From: the human T2T-CHM13v2.0 reference genome, Homo sapiens
Direction: 5' to 3' (one strand)
Assembly (NCBI RefSeq): GCF_009914755.1
Contig: NC_060932.1
DNA: 64,000 bases
Under the pieces are notes generated by a model that was not told where the DNA came from, did no database searches, and was given only the letters and a program-made list of their open reading frames with translations. Of this stretch, positions 63,400-64,000 are shown one piece after another. Position 1 is the stretch's first letter; the number at the start of each line of letters is the position of its first letter. Made by a program: the position numbers and the translations under genes.

Positions 63400-64000
63400 A
63401 CAGGGGAAGGCAAACATCCGCACCGTTCAATAATTCAGCGCAGAGCCGGTCTTGGCTGCTAAGTTACCACCACAAGGAGCATTTTTAAAGTCAAACCGAA
63501 TTTCCATGAGAAGTCATGCCTGAGCAAGCTGGATCGTTGCCAAAAGACAAGAGAAGACTCCAGACCTTTCTGTAAACAGGCCCTGAGAGATACGGGGTAC
63601 TGCATGATAAAGCTGTCAGTCTGGTCGCAGCAGCCTGGCATGTGACTCATTTGCATATGTCACTTCCTTTAGCGTAATCCAGTCCATGGGCCTCTAACTT
63701 CCAATCCTGTGGGCAAATAAAGCTGTCCAGCACAACCTGTGACGATCAGATTCAGGCTGTATTTAGTGGGGGAGGGATCTGGCCTCATATCCTTCATCTT
63801 TATGCTGCTCCACTCCAGCTCACAGCCCCTCCAACTGGATGGAGCTCTTCGAAGGGAGGGGCATTTCAGAGGAGGGTCTCAGGGATAGCCCCTTTGTGGG
63901 GCTGGGCCACCAGGTTGGGGAGAGTGGAGCTGCTGGAACTCTGGAGGGACTGGCTGAGCCAGCTTTCCCAGTGCACCCCTCTGGGAGGGCAGGCTCTCGG
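63400..64000. promoter_or_regulatory. Candidate enhancer with dense composite motif core at 63639-63670
   Basis: CATGTGACTCATTTGCATATGTCACTTCCTT: E-box, AP-1, octamer, E-box and ETS motifs overlapping. Confidence 0.5.

Overview
Primate (human-like) non-coding genomic DNA, intergenic or deep intronic. It is dense in interspersed repeats: about 45 Alu/FLAM copies, MaLR/ERVL/ERV1 solo LTRs, L1/L2/MIR fragments and a few DNA transposons. I cannot support any intact protein-coding gene, tRNA or CRISPR-type system. Nearly all listed ORFs are Alu-, L1- or microsatellite-derived, and I cannot name the locus from sequence alone. The most notable signals are five. (1) A perfect 26-bp-arm hairpin created by inverted duplication inside an L2 tail (25034-25092). 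(2) A tailless internal 5S rRNA fragment inserted with a 16-bp TSD into an MLT2 LTR (52944-52993). (3) A diverged ~165-bp direct duplication of apparently unique DNA (28531/30807). (4) Several transcription-factor-motif-dense unique islands that look like enhancers (~18.5-20.1 kb, ~37.9-38.5 kb, ~63.6 kb). (5) A few candidate non-coding exons. Repeat subfamily names come from recalled consensus sequences, and boundaries are approximate.
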